Assembly: GCA_050575255.1 (NCBI GenBank)
Contig: JBNZDD010013640.1
Location: 2,530,834 to 2,594,833 of the forward strand
DNA: 64,000 nt
Direction: 5' to 3'
Source of the DNA: Harriotta raleighana
Taxonomy: Eukaryota
The translations under genes were made by a program, and so were the position numbers. Below are positions 1-11,739 of this stretch, one piece after another. The notes under the pieces were generated by a model. The model was not told the origin of the DNA, made no database searches, and saw only the letters and a list, made by a program, of their open reading frames with translations. Every line of letters begins with the position of its first letter. The stretch's first letter is position 1.

Positions 1-515
1 TGGGTTCACACCTTATTTTGAAACAGTACTGTTTCATAACATGTGTCAGCAACATTTCAGTAGCTGTTTTCTTTTTTAATCTTGTCTGGACCCAAAAAAA
101 AAGCTGGACCTGCTTTTCCCTATCAACTCTGCCATTGTGTGCACTTATTTTCTAAATATTCATTTAAATCAGTGGCAAAATGCAATGATACAAAAATAAG
201 TGAATTTATATTTGCCCTCACTCTCTGGTAGTCCATTTTGACTTACCTCCAACTCATCCCTTTTATCACCTTTATCATGTTCTGTCTCAAGACCGTCCTT
301 TTTTGACTATCCCTTTGGGATATCCATCATCTCCACTCACCCAACCTTCATTGGTTCCCCAATCCCTGCTCAGGTGCCAAGACTGGATTTTTAATAGCCT
401 TGGGATGTTACCCCGCGTGACGGACGCTATATAAATGCAAGTTTTTATTGTGGTTATTTGTCCTCCTGAAGTGAAATAAGCTGTATAAGTGAACATTTAT
501 ACACATTTATATACC

Positions 516-1133
516 CCCGCCCTCTAACCTTTCCTCTCCCTTTTCTTCTCCTTCCCTCCTTCCCTCCCTTTCACTCCTTTCTCTCCCCATTTTTTCCCTT
601 ACCTCCCTCTTCCCTCTTAGCCCCTTTCTCCCTGATTTTGCCCACCACCCACCTTTCCCTCCATCTCCCTCCTTGTACCCCTTTCTCCCCCCTCTTCCTC
701 CCTGACTTTGCCCTACCTCGCCTTTCCCTCCTTCTCCCCCCTTATCCTCTTTTCCCCCTTTCTCCCCTGGCTCCACTTCCATGACTGTTTGTGGGACACT
801 GATGTGTGGAATTTGGCTGCTGCATTTCGTCCACAAACATACAGTCGTATTTTCCTGCTCTCCTGTCCCCTAACCTGACCTCTCCTTTTGCCACCTTTTC
901 CCCTTTTCTCCCCTGACCCCATTTCCATGACTGTTTATGGGACACTGCTATGCTCAATTCGGCTGCCCCATTTCGGCCACAAATATATAGTCAATTTTCC
1001 TACTTTCCTTCCTCCAACCCCTCCCACCATGCTCTGATCCCTACTTGACTGTTCAACATCTTGGGACATCCTCCTGACATGAAAGGTGCGACATAAATGT
1101 AATTATTGATTGATTGATTTGTTGTTATTGTTG
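516..1133 (+). mobile_element. 3' end of an L2-like retroelement with two tandem DeuSINE-like modules and an (ATTG)n tail
   Basis: CT-rich tract; modules CCATGACTGTTT(G/A)TGGGACACTG...CACAAA...AGTC...TTTTCCT at ~779-855 and ~925-1001; then L2 terminus TTGGGACATCCTCC...TGAAAGG and ATTG repeats. Confidence 0.7.
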
Positions 1134-1499
1134 AATGGACACACTTCAGAACCCATTTGTCCACGACAACTTGTATTTAATGCAACACCATTCACTTGGG
1201 GTAGCATTTCAGAGCACTTAACAGTGATAGAGCTTGCTACCAAACCAGGGAGAGGAGAGATTACTGTGGGGATGGTTGACGAGAAAGATCTGCAAGTATA
1301 ATCGGAAGATAGGCAAACAGGGACAAGGCAAAGGGATTGAGGCTGGTGTGTTCCGGATTGTTTGGCCATAGTAGCTAGAAGCCTGGCTGCATTTGGGGCA
1401 CAAGAGAGTTAGAATATATTACATTAGAATATACAGCACAGAAACAGGCCATTCAGTTCAACTGGTCTATGCCAGTGTTTATAATCCACATGATTCTCA

Positions 1500-2445
1500 T
1501 GGAGCCTACTGAGCAAAAGGAGCAGGTAGAAGGCACGGTTGAAGAGGAAGGTCTTGAGACTGGCCTTAAAGGAGGAAAGAGAAGAAGCGAGATGAAGGGA
1601 TTGCGTGATGGAGTTCCAGAGTGTGGGGGCAGAGAGGCTGAAAGCCCGGCCACCGATAATAAGGAGGTTCGGGCAGGGGACATGGAGCAGGCCAGAGCCC
1701 ACTGAATGGAGGGGACGGGCAGGCTGATAGGGAGACAGCAGGTCTGAGAGATAGGCGGGGGCTAGGCCGTGAATGGCCTTGAAAGTGAGGATGAGGATCT
1801 TAAATTCGATCCTCTGGGAGATGGGGAGCCAATGAAGACGGCCGAGGGTGGGAGAGATGTGGTTGTGGAGCCTTGTGCGGTCGAGTACATGAGCTGCCGA
1901 GTTCTGAATAATCTGCATCTTGTGAAGGGAGGAACTAGGAAGGCCGAAGAGGAGAGTTTCCGTACTCGAGCCTAGATGTGATGAAATCTAGTGTTTCATG
2001 GATGAGTGTTTCAGCAGCATGGTTGGTGAGGTAGTGGCGGAGTCCGGCAATGTTGTGGAGCCATTGGAAGGCTGTACCAGTCATGGCATGGATTTGGGGT
2101 AGGAAGGATAGTTTGGGGTCGAAAAAGACGCTTAGATTCCTGACTGGCTTCGAGAGGTGGAGAGAGCAGCCTGAATGCTGATGTTGTCAGCGCCCGAAGT
2201 GTGGAGGCGCTAACACGAGCCAATCGGGAGGTCCTCCATCTTGTTGACGTTTAGTTGGAGGAAGTTGTCCTTCGTCCAGGACTCAATGTCAGACAAACAC
2301 GCAATCAGAACGCCAGTAGTCCTAGAGTCGAGGGTGGAAGTGGAAGGGCAAAGTTGGGTTTCATCTGCATACATGTGGAAATTTACCCCATGTCTGCGGA
2401 TGATGTCACCAAGTGGGAGCGTGTAGAGGGTGAAGATATCGAACA
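1500..2445 (-). mobile_element. L2 LINE, RT C-terminal fragment (decayed)
   Basis: Translations [65 protein letters not shown]. Confidence 0.92.
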
Positions 2446-2989
2446 ACACTAGGACTTAATATTGAATTATACTTGAGAGTGCAAGTGGAGTTTTTTTTAA
2501 AAGCATGATTTTTTTTCTACTTAACTAACAGTTGTGGCAGCTGCGATGAAGAGGAAGTGTCCATCCTTGTCACTGCCAATTTTAGCAAAGCAGCCCAGGC
2601 CTGAGTGACATGTTCCTTCTCCAAGATCAATGCATTTTAATTAATGTCCTTAAGAAAACTGTGACTAATACAACAATCTGGAGATATCTCAATACAAGTG
2701 CTACAGAACTAAATCATGTTTATCCTACTTTATTTATTGCAACTATTGCAACCAATTTGACTACTATATTGGCTACTATGCATGTTGGCTCCAGGTTCAG
2801 AAAATTAAGTAAGATCTTTGTCACTGTTGCACAATTTTAATTACCTAAAATCTACAGAATCTGTACTGAATCATTGTTCATGCACAATTATTTATTCCCA
2901 AGCATGGCTACAAACCAATAACAGAAGTTGTTCTCTATCTTGGGCCTTCGAAAATAAGGCCATTGGCCTGTGAAGAAGTTTATTGCAAT

Positions 2990-3270
2990 AGCTCATTATT
3001 AGAGCAGTCGCCTTGCAAGTGAGAGACCTGGGTTTGATTCCCAGCAGGGCAAAGCCTTTGGCAAGTTTCCTTACTCCACATCCCTGATAATAATCCCTCA
3101 AGAAAAAAACACTAATACGACTGTTTGTGGGACCCTACTGTACACGATTGGCTGCCATGTTTCACCCAAAATATACAGTCAATTCACTTCACAGTATTGT
3201 ATATTCTGTGAAGTGCTTTGAGATGTCTAGAAGTCATGAAAAGTGTGATATCAAATGCAAGAATTATTCC
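2990..3270 (+). mobile_element. tRNA-headed SINE with L2-type tail
   Basis: TAGCTCA..TTAGAGCA head, B-box-like GGTTTGATTCC, GGCAAGTTTCCTTACTCCAC, body and tail matching the copy at 16341. Confidence 0.85.
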
Positions 3271-3568
3271 AGACGTGAAAGGCGCTACACAAATGTAATT
3301 TTGTTGTTGTTTATAAACTGTGGCTGTACTTAAACTACTTGTTGTCAGTCAATGTCTATGTGATGTACCCAAGAGCAGGCATACATTAGGCACAGTGACC
3401 TTGTGTGCAAAGAGTTGAAAATCATTTTGATTGCAGTGTTTGAATTGGATGTTCAGCCAGTTTAATTTTCCAGGATTCAGAGATTGATTTGAATGAGTCT
3501 GTTGAGTAGGAAAGACCAGATGCCTTCTAATCTCACTGTTCTCCACTTACCATTAAGCAAGCACTTAC

Positions 3569-3712
3569 CATGCCTCCAGGGCTGATGCCAAGAAAGTGTG
3601 GATCCATATGGATCAAAGCTTCTGCTTAGGCTGATGAACCTTCCAGTACTTGGAATTGGCTTCTTGGTAGGAATGTCTGCTTTGCAGTCGGGTCTTTTTC
3701 TCTCTAGAATAA
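3569..3712 (-). CDS. Candidate internal coding exon of an unidentified host gene (144 nt, phase 1-1): (V)ILERKRPDCKADIPTKKPIPSTGRFISLSRSFDPYGSTLSWHQPWRH
   Basis: Acceptor TTTTTTTTGCACTCAAG, donor ATG|GTAAGT, length a multiple of 3, one open frame, non-repeat sequence; alternative in-frame acceptor with exon edge at 3703. Confidence 0.45.
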
Positions 3713-4049
3713 CTTGAGTGCAAAAAAAACACTGAACATAAGAATAGGAAAATCTGTTCAGCAGTTGCACTTCTCCACCTGTATGGTCATTGCTAACTTT
3801 AGCTGCTTCTGAAAATTACATTTCATATAGTCATTAATATTTCCTTTTCATCCAAATGCATTTCTATCAATAGCATGTTACAAACAGATTATGAAACATC
3901 AAGACAATTGTGCATGAATTATACCTGCATTTAATAAAGTATGTATACTATTTGAAAACACTTGAGAATGTTTGTAATTGTATTTGTAAACATAATGATA
4001 GCTAATTTGAACATGATGAAGTCCCATAATCAGCCATGACATAAATGAT

Positions 4050-4430
4050 CTATTTTGTTTGGAGGAATGTTGGCAGGGACACTGAGAAACTTCCTTTACT
4101 TTTCAAATAATGCCAAGAGATTTTAAACATCCACCTGAACAGACAGACAGGACTTTGGTTCAATGCAGTGGTTTCCAAACTGTGGGGCACTCCTCCCTTG
4201 GCGGGGCATGTATCGTTCGTTGGCTGGGGGTGGGCGTAGAGCTTTAGAGTCTTGAGCACCCCGGGTGCGAATGGAGCCAGTTTAATGTCTCATCTGAAGA
4301 TTGGCAATACTGACAACTCAGCACTCATCTCATTCCAATATCAGAGTGGATCATTAATGGACGTGCGACTAAGAACCCAAACAACTACCTGATATTCAGG
4401 CTAAAGTGCGACCAGCTGAGCCAAGCTGAT
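4050..4430 (-). mobile_element. Old DeuSINE/SacSINE1-like SINE, interrupted at 4166-4279
   Basis: Reverse complement contains TTCAGGTGGATGTTTAAAATCTCTTGGCATTATTTGAAAAG, matching the Deu-type core at 22960-23000. Confidence 0.7.
4166..4279 (+). mobile_element. hAT (Charlie-like) terminal fragment
   Basis: Starts CAGTGGTTTCCAAACTGTGGG; flanked by an 8-bp near-duplication GTTCAATG/GTTTAATG; right TIR not seen. Confidence 0.5.
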
Positions 4431-5756
4431 TGTGAAATGATAATGTTAAATACTACTTATTAATGCTTGAAGATGCTTTTGTTGTGTTTTTAAATGCTGG
4501 CATAGAGCTTCAGAGACTGATGCAATTTCTTTTTAAGGAATGTTACATTTAAAAATGAAAGTTGTGAAAGACCTTAGATAGGCTTATTCTCTACTGGTTT
4601 GTGAAATTAGGAGTGGCTTGCTTTGGAATCCTTTAGTCCCAACAGTTTATGCGTTGGTCAAAGCTCACTGTACGTGTTATTGTATGCTTGCCCAACAAGT
4701 TTGGTAAACTTACCAATGAGTGGAAAGTCACCTCCACTGTACCTGGAGATTTCTTGTGTTAAAATATCTTATCTTCGTACCATGTGCCAAGCAGACCACA
4801 ACACAAGAATTGCATCACGTGAACAAGGATTGTCTTAGAACTTCAGCCGTTCATAAATCAAACTTATGTAAAGATCGATGACTCAATGTTACCAACCTTT
4901 TGTTTGAGGTGATATTAGACCCGCAGTGTGAGGGAGTAAAGTTAACATCAGCCATGAGCACAGGCTGCTTCAACAGAGGTGTCATTCCAACTGTGCGTGT
5001 TAACTCTGCTCTCTCACACTGTCTGACTCACTAACACCTCCATGCAACGTCCCCATCGATTTTTTTCTATATTCACTCTTTGAACAAAAATATTTAACCC
5101 AAAACAACACATGCAAACAAATAATAAATCATATTTCCCTGTAATTGGTTTGAGTTAAGCCACTTTTGATCTTACTCTCTCTTTAAATAATGATTTAAAT
5201 TTGTATGGATTGTATGAAGGAATAATTGTACAATAAAATACAAGTTACTTTTCACATCAGGAGGACGTTTCAAATTCCTTGTTCTCTACTGTCTTATGAA
5301 ATTGACTGTGCCTTGGCTTTCCTGAGAAATCTTGGGTTTAAGAACAAAGCCTTTAATCAAAGTACACATAATTTATTGCCAGATATGTATTGGAGGGTGT
5401 TGCTACCCTTCTAACATTGCAATAATTGAAGACAGATTTTTAAAAAGATTTCTCAAATGAATACAGTATTAGAATTAAATATATCTGTAATGAACTTCAC
5501 GTAGGGGACTGAATAATAAATTTAACAGAGTTTTCTTGGATTCTGAAGGAATCTGGAGTGCCTTGGGGGCAACATATGCCTAATGTACAACATAATTCAA
5601 GGTAATGATTGCAAACGGCGATTTTCTGATCTTGCTCATACCAAATAGTCACATCGCCGTCCGTACATTTGAATGAGACTGCTTAGTTATTTTAAATAGC
5701 TATTCATAAAAACAATAATCAGAGTTCTGCAAATTTAACAAACATGATTGTTATTT

Positions 5757-6090
5757 ATTACCAACCTGCCCGCCCCCTCCATTCACCAGGCTCCAATCTT
5801 CTCCGTATCTCCCACCCAACCAGCCCTACCATCGTTGACCGGGCTTTCAGCCTCTCTGCCCCCATACTCTGGAACTCCATCCCACAATCCCTTTGCCTCG
5901 CTTCCTCCCTCGCCTCCTTCAATACTGGTCTCAAAACCCTCCTTCTGCCACCCTCCCACCTCTCTCCCTCCCCTCCGCCTTACTCTGCCTCAACCCCATG
6001 CTCGGGTCCCGACCCCTGACTGTTCAATGCCTTGGGCCATCCTCCGGAGATGAAAGGCGCTCTATCAATCCAATTTTATTGCTGTTATTG
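5757..6090 (+). mobile_element. L2 LINE 3' end
   Basis: [37 protein letters not shown] followed by L2 terminus. Confidence 0.88.
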
Positions 6091-6277
6091 AAAATAGAAT
6101 AATAAAAAGAATCCTTGCATTTGATATAGTGCCTTCAAACATCTTCTATACGCTTCAAAGCGCCACACAGAATATACTGTACATTGAATTAATTGACCAT
6201 ATGTTTTTTGGGCAAAATGTATGGGGGTAAAATACATTACTAACGGGAACAAAAATAAAGCTTACCTAAGCTATACA

Positions 6278-6458
6278 GCAGGAGAGAATTTCCACCAAGG
6301 TCTAAATTTACTCGACTCAGGTGACATTTAAATGTCCAAATTTGGGAAACTTTAATGTCAGTTTTCTTAAAAGTACTACAAAACTTCAAAATGATTGCAT
6401 TGTTTATTAATTTACATAAACGTAGTTAATCTAGACCCAGGTGGAATTTCTCTTCTAC
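6278..6458. mobile_element. Old MITE-like element with ~35-bp terminal inverted repeats
   Basis: GGAGAGAATTTCCACCAAGGTCTAAATTTACT vs AGTTAATCTAGACCCAGGTGGAATTTCTCTTC; related copies at 47541-47775 and 36666-36699. Confidence 0.55.
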
Positions 6459-6646
6459 TCCAAACCAAACAAACTACTCAATGCTGTCTTGCAGAAATCT
6501 TAATCTTAGTATAAAACGTTGCCCAATTATTTGGTTTTGTCTATGATCAACGCGCTTAATAGTCAATCGTAATTCCACTCAGAGGCCACAGCACATGCTG
6601 AAAGATCTAATAACTTTCATGTTCAATGCTTTCTGTTTTTGTCTAG

Positions 6647-7640
6647 ATTGAGTTGATGATTTAATCACTAATTGGGCTGCAGCACAAAGATATGAAAATT
6701 GGTCTTTTATCTGCACTTTATAAAATTCCTGATTCCACCATCTGTTCCAAGCATTACATTTCTTGGCAAAACAGTAATGTGTTGATAATAGTTCATGGTG
6801 CCAATGATAACGTCAGTTTCGCAAGAGTGTATGAAGCTATAAATAGCTTTCTGTATTTCAATGGAAAGTGCGGTATATCTAATACATATTCATCTTTTGT
6901 GGAATTCACATTACGACAGATTCACCAAGTTGATAATTTAGAGAAACAGATAACATTACAGTACTTTGCTTAGGCCTTCTGCGTATTGGGGAATGGAATA
7001 CGTTCCCATTTCCCACTTTCATTGTGCAACACATGAATAATGCTGCTGCCTACATTTCATAAAACAGAAAATAAATGCTAGCCGTTACATGTTATCAGGA
7101 TGAAATTTGGGATCCATGTGATATCTATCAGATTAATTGGGTCTACAGCAGACCTCACCCCCCACCCAACATGGTGCTCATTGGTGAACTTGGAGAAGAA
7201 AGACCTTCGGATCTTGGATATCCATCCTTCAACTACTTGGATAACTTGGATAACAGCATTGTAGTAAAATACCTCGAAAGGATTAAAGAAAAGATGCAGA
7301 AGGTGATTGATTTTGTGATTGAGCATGACACGGAGTGGGAGGGGCAGGTTTGCCTTTAGCTCATTCAATGTAATAAATATTTTGCTTCGCCCAATTTCCC
7401 TCATTACCATATAAACAACCTGTTGGAAAATCTTGAATTGATATTTCAGGATGAAACAATATCCCTTGATTGCAATCCCAAACTATTCAATTTTTAACAG
7501 TGTCGAAAACGCCCGCTGAGCAAATTTACTAGCTTGTTCCCCAGGCAAACTGTTCGATTCAAGAAAAAAAAATGCCTCATAAATTACATTCATGCCATGC
7601 TTGTGGACCATTTAACAACGGTATGGCAGCCACTGAACAC
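6647..7640 (+). pseudogene. Decayed ORF resembling a parvoviral/densoviral NS1-type SF3 helicase (candidate endogenous viral element)
   Basis: About 330 codons joined across two frameshifts (~6715, ~6938) with ~5 stops; motifs NVLIIVHG..., EAINSFLYFNGKCGISNTYSSF, RQIHQVDN, TDNITVLCLG, PTFIV in SF3 order. Confidence 0.55.
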
Positions 7641-7860
7641 AATAACACAATTTACATTTATATAGCGCCTTTTATATCAGGAGGACGCCTGAAAGCACTT
7701 CACATTGCTACCTGGGCAAACAAACACAGGAGGTTGGGGGGGTGGGTGGTGGTGGAGAGGGCGGGGAGGGGGGGAGAGGGCAGGGGAGGGGGTGCTGAAG
7801 AATGTGGAAAAGAAAAGGAGAAATTAAAGTGCAGTTGGAGAGGTAAGCCTTGAGAATAGC
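7641..7860 (-). mobile_element. L2 3' tail abutting the SF3-like frame
   Basis: TTTACATTTATATAGCGCCTTT..TCAGGAGGACG = reverse complement of the L2 terminus. Confidence 0.7.
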
Positions 7861-8279
7861 GCTTCAATACAGACTAGTCTAAAATGCATCCTGATGTCGT
7901 CACGCTGTTTTGAAATCAGAAGGAAATAAGAATTCGCTAGGCCAAAAAGACCAAGGTCCATCCAGCTCACCTTCCAGCATCCTAGCAGTCACACACACAG
8001 GAGAGCTTGTTCCATAAACCAGTTACCGTAAGAGAGTATATTTTTAATAAGAGTGATTCTGATATCTGCAAAGAATTTTTGGCAATTTGCACTTGCTCCC
8101 AGAAGAAATCAGAGGCTGCAAAACTGCTAATAAATCATCCAAATTATAAGACAAGCTTTTAGTTCCTATACATATCTGCTCTATTACTTGAATGGCCCAA
8201 AATAAATGTAACAGCAACAATAAATATAATAATAATTATTATCCTTGCATTTGTTACAGTGTTTTTCACATCTTCTAGA

Positions 8280-10036
8280 CCTCCCACCTTGCCCCACTAC
8301 TTGCCGACACTACCTACCTGTCCCTTTCATCTGACATTGTTCCAACCCGCCTCAAAATAGCCACTATCACTCCCACCCTGAAGAAACCTACCATTGACGC
8401 ATCACAGCTTTCAAGCTACAAGCCCATCTCCAACCGCCCTTTTCTGTTGAAAGTCCATGAAAGAGTCGTTGCCTCCCAGCTTCACTCTTTCCTCTCATCC
8501 CATTCCTCCATGAGCCCCACCAGTCAGGCCTCTGCGCTGCCCGTAGCATGAAAACTGCTCTGGTCAAGATCACAAGTGATATCCTGACCATTTGTGACCA
8601 GGGCTCCCTCTGCCTCCTTGTCCTCCTCGACCTAGCTTCAGCCTTCAATACTAGAGACCATTTGATCTTCCTCCACTGCCTCTCCTCCCACCTCAACCTT
8701 CAAGGTTCTGTCCTTGTCTAGTTCTGGTCCTATCGTTCACACCGTCTCTAATTTGCCTCTGCCAATGGCATTTCCTCCAGTCCCTGCACAGTCTCGTGTG
8801 GCGTTCCTCAGGTTTCTATCCTTGGTCCCCTCTTCTTCACCCCCTACATGCTCCCCCTCGGTGACATCATCCGCAGACATGGGGTAAATTTACACATGTA
8901 CCCGGACGACACTCGAATCTATCTCTCCGCTTCCAATAATATGAACAACACCAAAATTACATTTATAGAGCACCTTTCACGTCGGGAGGATGTCCCAAGG
9001 CACTCAACAAGCAGGGTTCACGTGTGGGGGGAGAAGGGGGAGAGAGTGGCAGAAGGCATGATCCAAGAGGAGCGTCTTGAGACCGGCCTTGAAGGAGGCA
9101 AGGGAGGAAGCGAGGCGAAGGGACTGTTGGATGGAGTTCCAGAGTGTGGGAGTATACTCAACTCCAGGACTACCAGTGTCCTGACTGCCGGCCTGTCTGA
9201 CATCCAGTCCTGGATGAGGAACAATTTTATCCAAATGAACATCAGCAAGACTGAGGACGCCTGATTGTTTTGTGTCAGCGCCTCTGCACTTCAGGCATTG
9301 GCAGCATCAGCATTCAAGACTGCACTCTCCATCTTATGAAGCCAGTCAGGAACCTGAGTGTTTTATTTGACCCTGAACTGTCCTTTCTCCCCCACATCCA
9401 CGCCATGACCAGCACTGCCTTCCACCACCTCCAATAGATTGCCAGACTCCGCCACTGCCTCACTCCTCAGGTTGCCAAAGCTTTTATCCATGCTTTCGTC
9501 ACATCCAGACGATGGAAACTCCTTCCTCGTCGGCCTTCACAAACTACAGATCATCCAGAAATCTGCAGCTCGTGTCCTCTCCCATGCTAGGCACTGCAAA
9601 CCCATCAACCCCACCCTCAACTGGCTCCATTGGCTCCCATTCTCCAGAGGATCAAATTCAAGATCCTTGTCCTCACCTTCAAGGCCATTCACGGCCTTGC
9701 AACTTACTCTCTCTCCAACCTGGTGACTCCCTACCAACCTGCCAGCATCTGTGTTCAGCGGGCTTCTATCTGCTCCATGTCTCCTGCCCGGGCCGGGCTT
9801 TCAATCTCTCACACTCCAGAACTCCATCCCACAGTCCCTTCGCCTTCTTTCCTCCCTTATCTCCTACAAGGCCCTCCTTTCGATCATGCCTTCTGTTGCC
9901 CTCCCATCTCTTCCCATCCCCTGCTCCCTACCCTACCCCTCCCCCATGCTCGGGTACCAACCCCTGACTGTTCAGCGCCTTGGGGCATCCTCCCAATGTG
10001 AAAGGCGCTCTATTAATGTAATTTTGTTGTTGTTGT
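8280..10036 (+). mobile_element. L2 LINE ORF2 (RT) fragment through 3' end, decayed
   Basis: [52 protein letters not shown], terminal GTGAAAGGCGC..(TTG)n. Confidence 0.92.
8935..9150 (-). mobile_element. L2 3'-end fragment nested in opposite orientation within the 8280-10036 L2
   Basis: [26 protein letters not shown] on minus strand; host L2 resumes at ~9151. Confidence 0.85.
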
Positions 10037-10774
10037 CTAAAAGTGGATTGAAATGACCAATTGTTTTTGAGGGATTATCATTGGGCATGTGGACTAAGGA
10101 AACTTGCCCAAGGTTTTGAACACAGAGTGAGTGAAATTAAAAACACTCAGATTAAAACATTTGAGCCACAGGTAGATGCTTTAAAAGCTGAACTGAGGAA
10201 ATCCGAGAGAGAGGAAAAAGACAAGAAAGCAAATAGGAAGAAGAGTGAAGCAGGTTAATAGTTAGAAGTGCCAGTTAGGAAGAATTACATTAAATCAGTT
10301 AGTTAACGCTCACATAAGTAAGGCTCCAGTTGCATAAAACTCAACTTGTGTAGCATCAGATATGTACAGTATCTTCAATGTGTAATAAATAGAAACCAAT
10401 GTGGTACATTTTATGTAATGTATTAGTTAAAAGGTATGAATTGTCAATGCACACCAAGGCAGGAATAGCCCAAGGGAAGCGTACATGAACACAGGTGTTG
10501 AAATCCAAACATACTCAGGATAGCAAGCATGGTTTGAAATCCCACATGACTATTTGTTATTATGCATGTGAACTTCCACTTCCTGCAGATAGCTTCTAAG
10601 CAAACACTTGGGAGTCACATTTTAAATACAATGCTTCCTTGCTGTGGTGGTTTACGTGGAGAAGGCACAAACACCATGGCAGAGGTCATCAGAAACACAC
10701 TGCGAATGATTCCTGCGTGGAGCAGTTTTGTCATTGACGGGTCAGAGTGAACATCGGTTGATCAGCAGTTACCT

Positions 10775-10910
10775 TGGGTGAGCTCAAGGGCATTGATATT
10801 ACTGAGGCAGAGGTTCTGAATATACCCAAGATGCTGAAAATCATGAAATCCCCTGGCACAGAAGAACTGAACTTGAGCTACTCGGAGAGGCAGGGAAAGA
10901 GATTTAAGGG
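10775..10910 (+). mobile_element. CR1 ORF2 fragment
   Basis: IDITEAEVLNI..LKIMKSPG..EL motif that precedes the CR1 RT domain. Confidence 0.6.
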
Positions 10911-11739
10911 AGCAGAAAGAAAGCTTGCAAACCTTAGGGCTTCTTCTGAGCAGGCAACATCTCAATTTGACATTGAATACCCAAAAGAAAAAGTGCTCCT
11001 AGATTTAAGCATTTAATAGAATAGCACACAAGAGATATTTTTTCACAAATGCACGTCGTTTGCTATCTAGGATAAGACATATTCTGTACCTCCTTTTCCC
11101 AGAATATTTAACAACAACAAAATTACATTTCGAACGCTTTTCACATCAGGAGGACATCCCAATTTAATTGATCTGGAGTCACAAAAAAGACACGAGTTAA
11201 ATCTGCAGATGGAATTCAGCTGGAGGAACTATGAAATTAAAAGAGGAAACCAATACCCTACATTGAGTGATTGACTGTGTATGGACCAAGGTTGATGATT
11301 GCAATTGAAATTCAAAGGCAAGTTATTGCTAATAAGGTTTTATAGGAAGCAAAAATTTGAGACACACACTATGGATGGGAAAGAATAATAAGGGGAAGTT
11401 GAAAAAGGCAGTACAATATTATTTGACTTGTTTACTATCCCCAAACAATATGCTGCAGCAATATTATATTAAAAAAAGCACAATGGCTACGTTATCAAGA
11501 TTCTTTCAGTTTGGACTCTGATTGATACAGTGTCTTATCACTATGTCGAGACATCCCAAAGAGCTTCACAAAATATTGTGTAAAGTGGATGGACTGGGCA
11601 TTGTGTGGGTGAAAGGGGGCAGCCAATTGCAGATACCAGTGTCCAACAACCAGTTGTGGATTGAGTGACCAAATAATTCAGAAGTTAAACATATTCTGTG
11701 CAGTGCTCTGGTCAGAAGTTAATTTGAATTAGTTACGAT

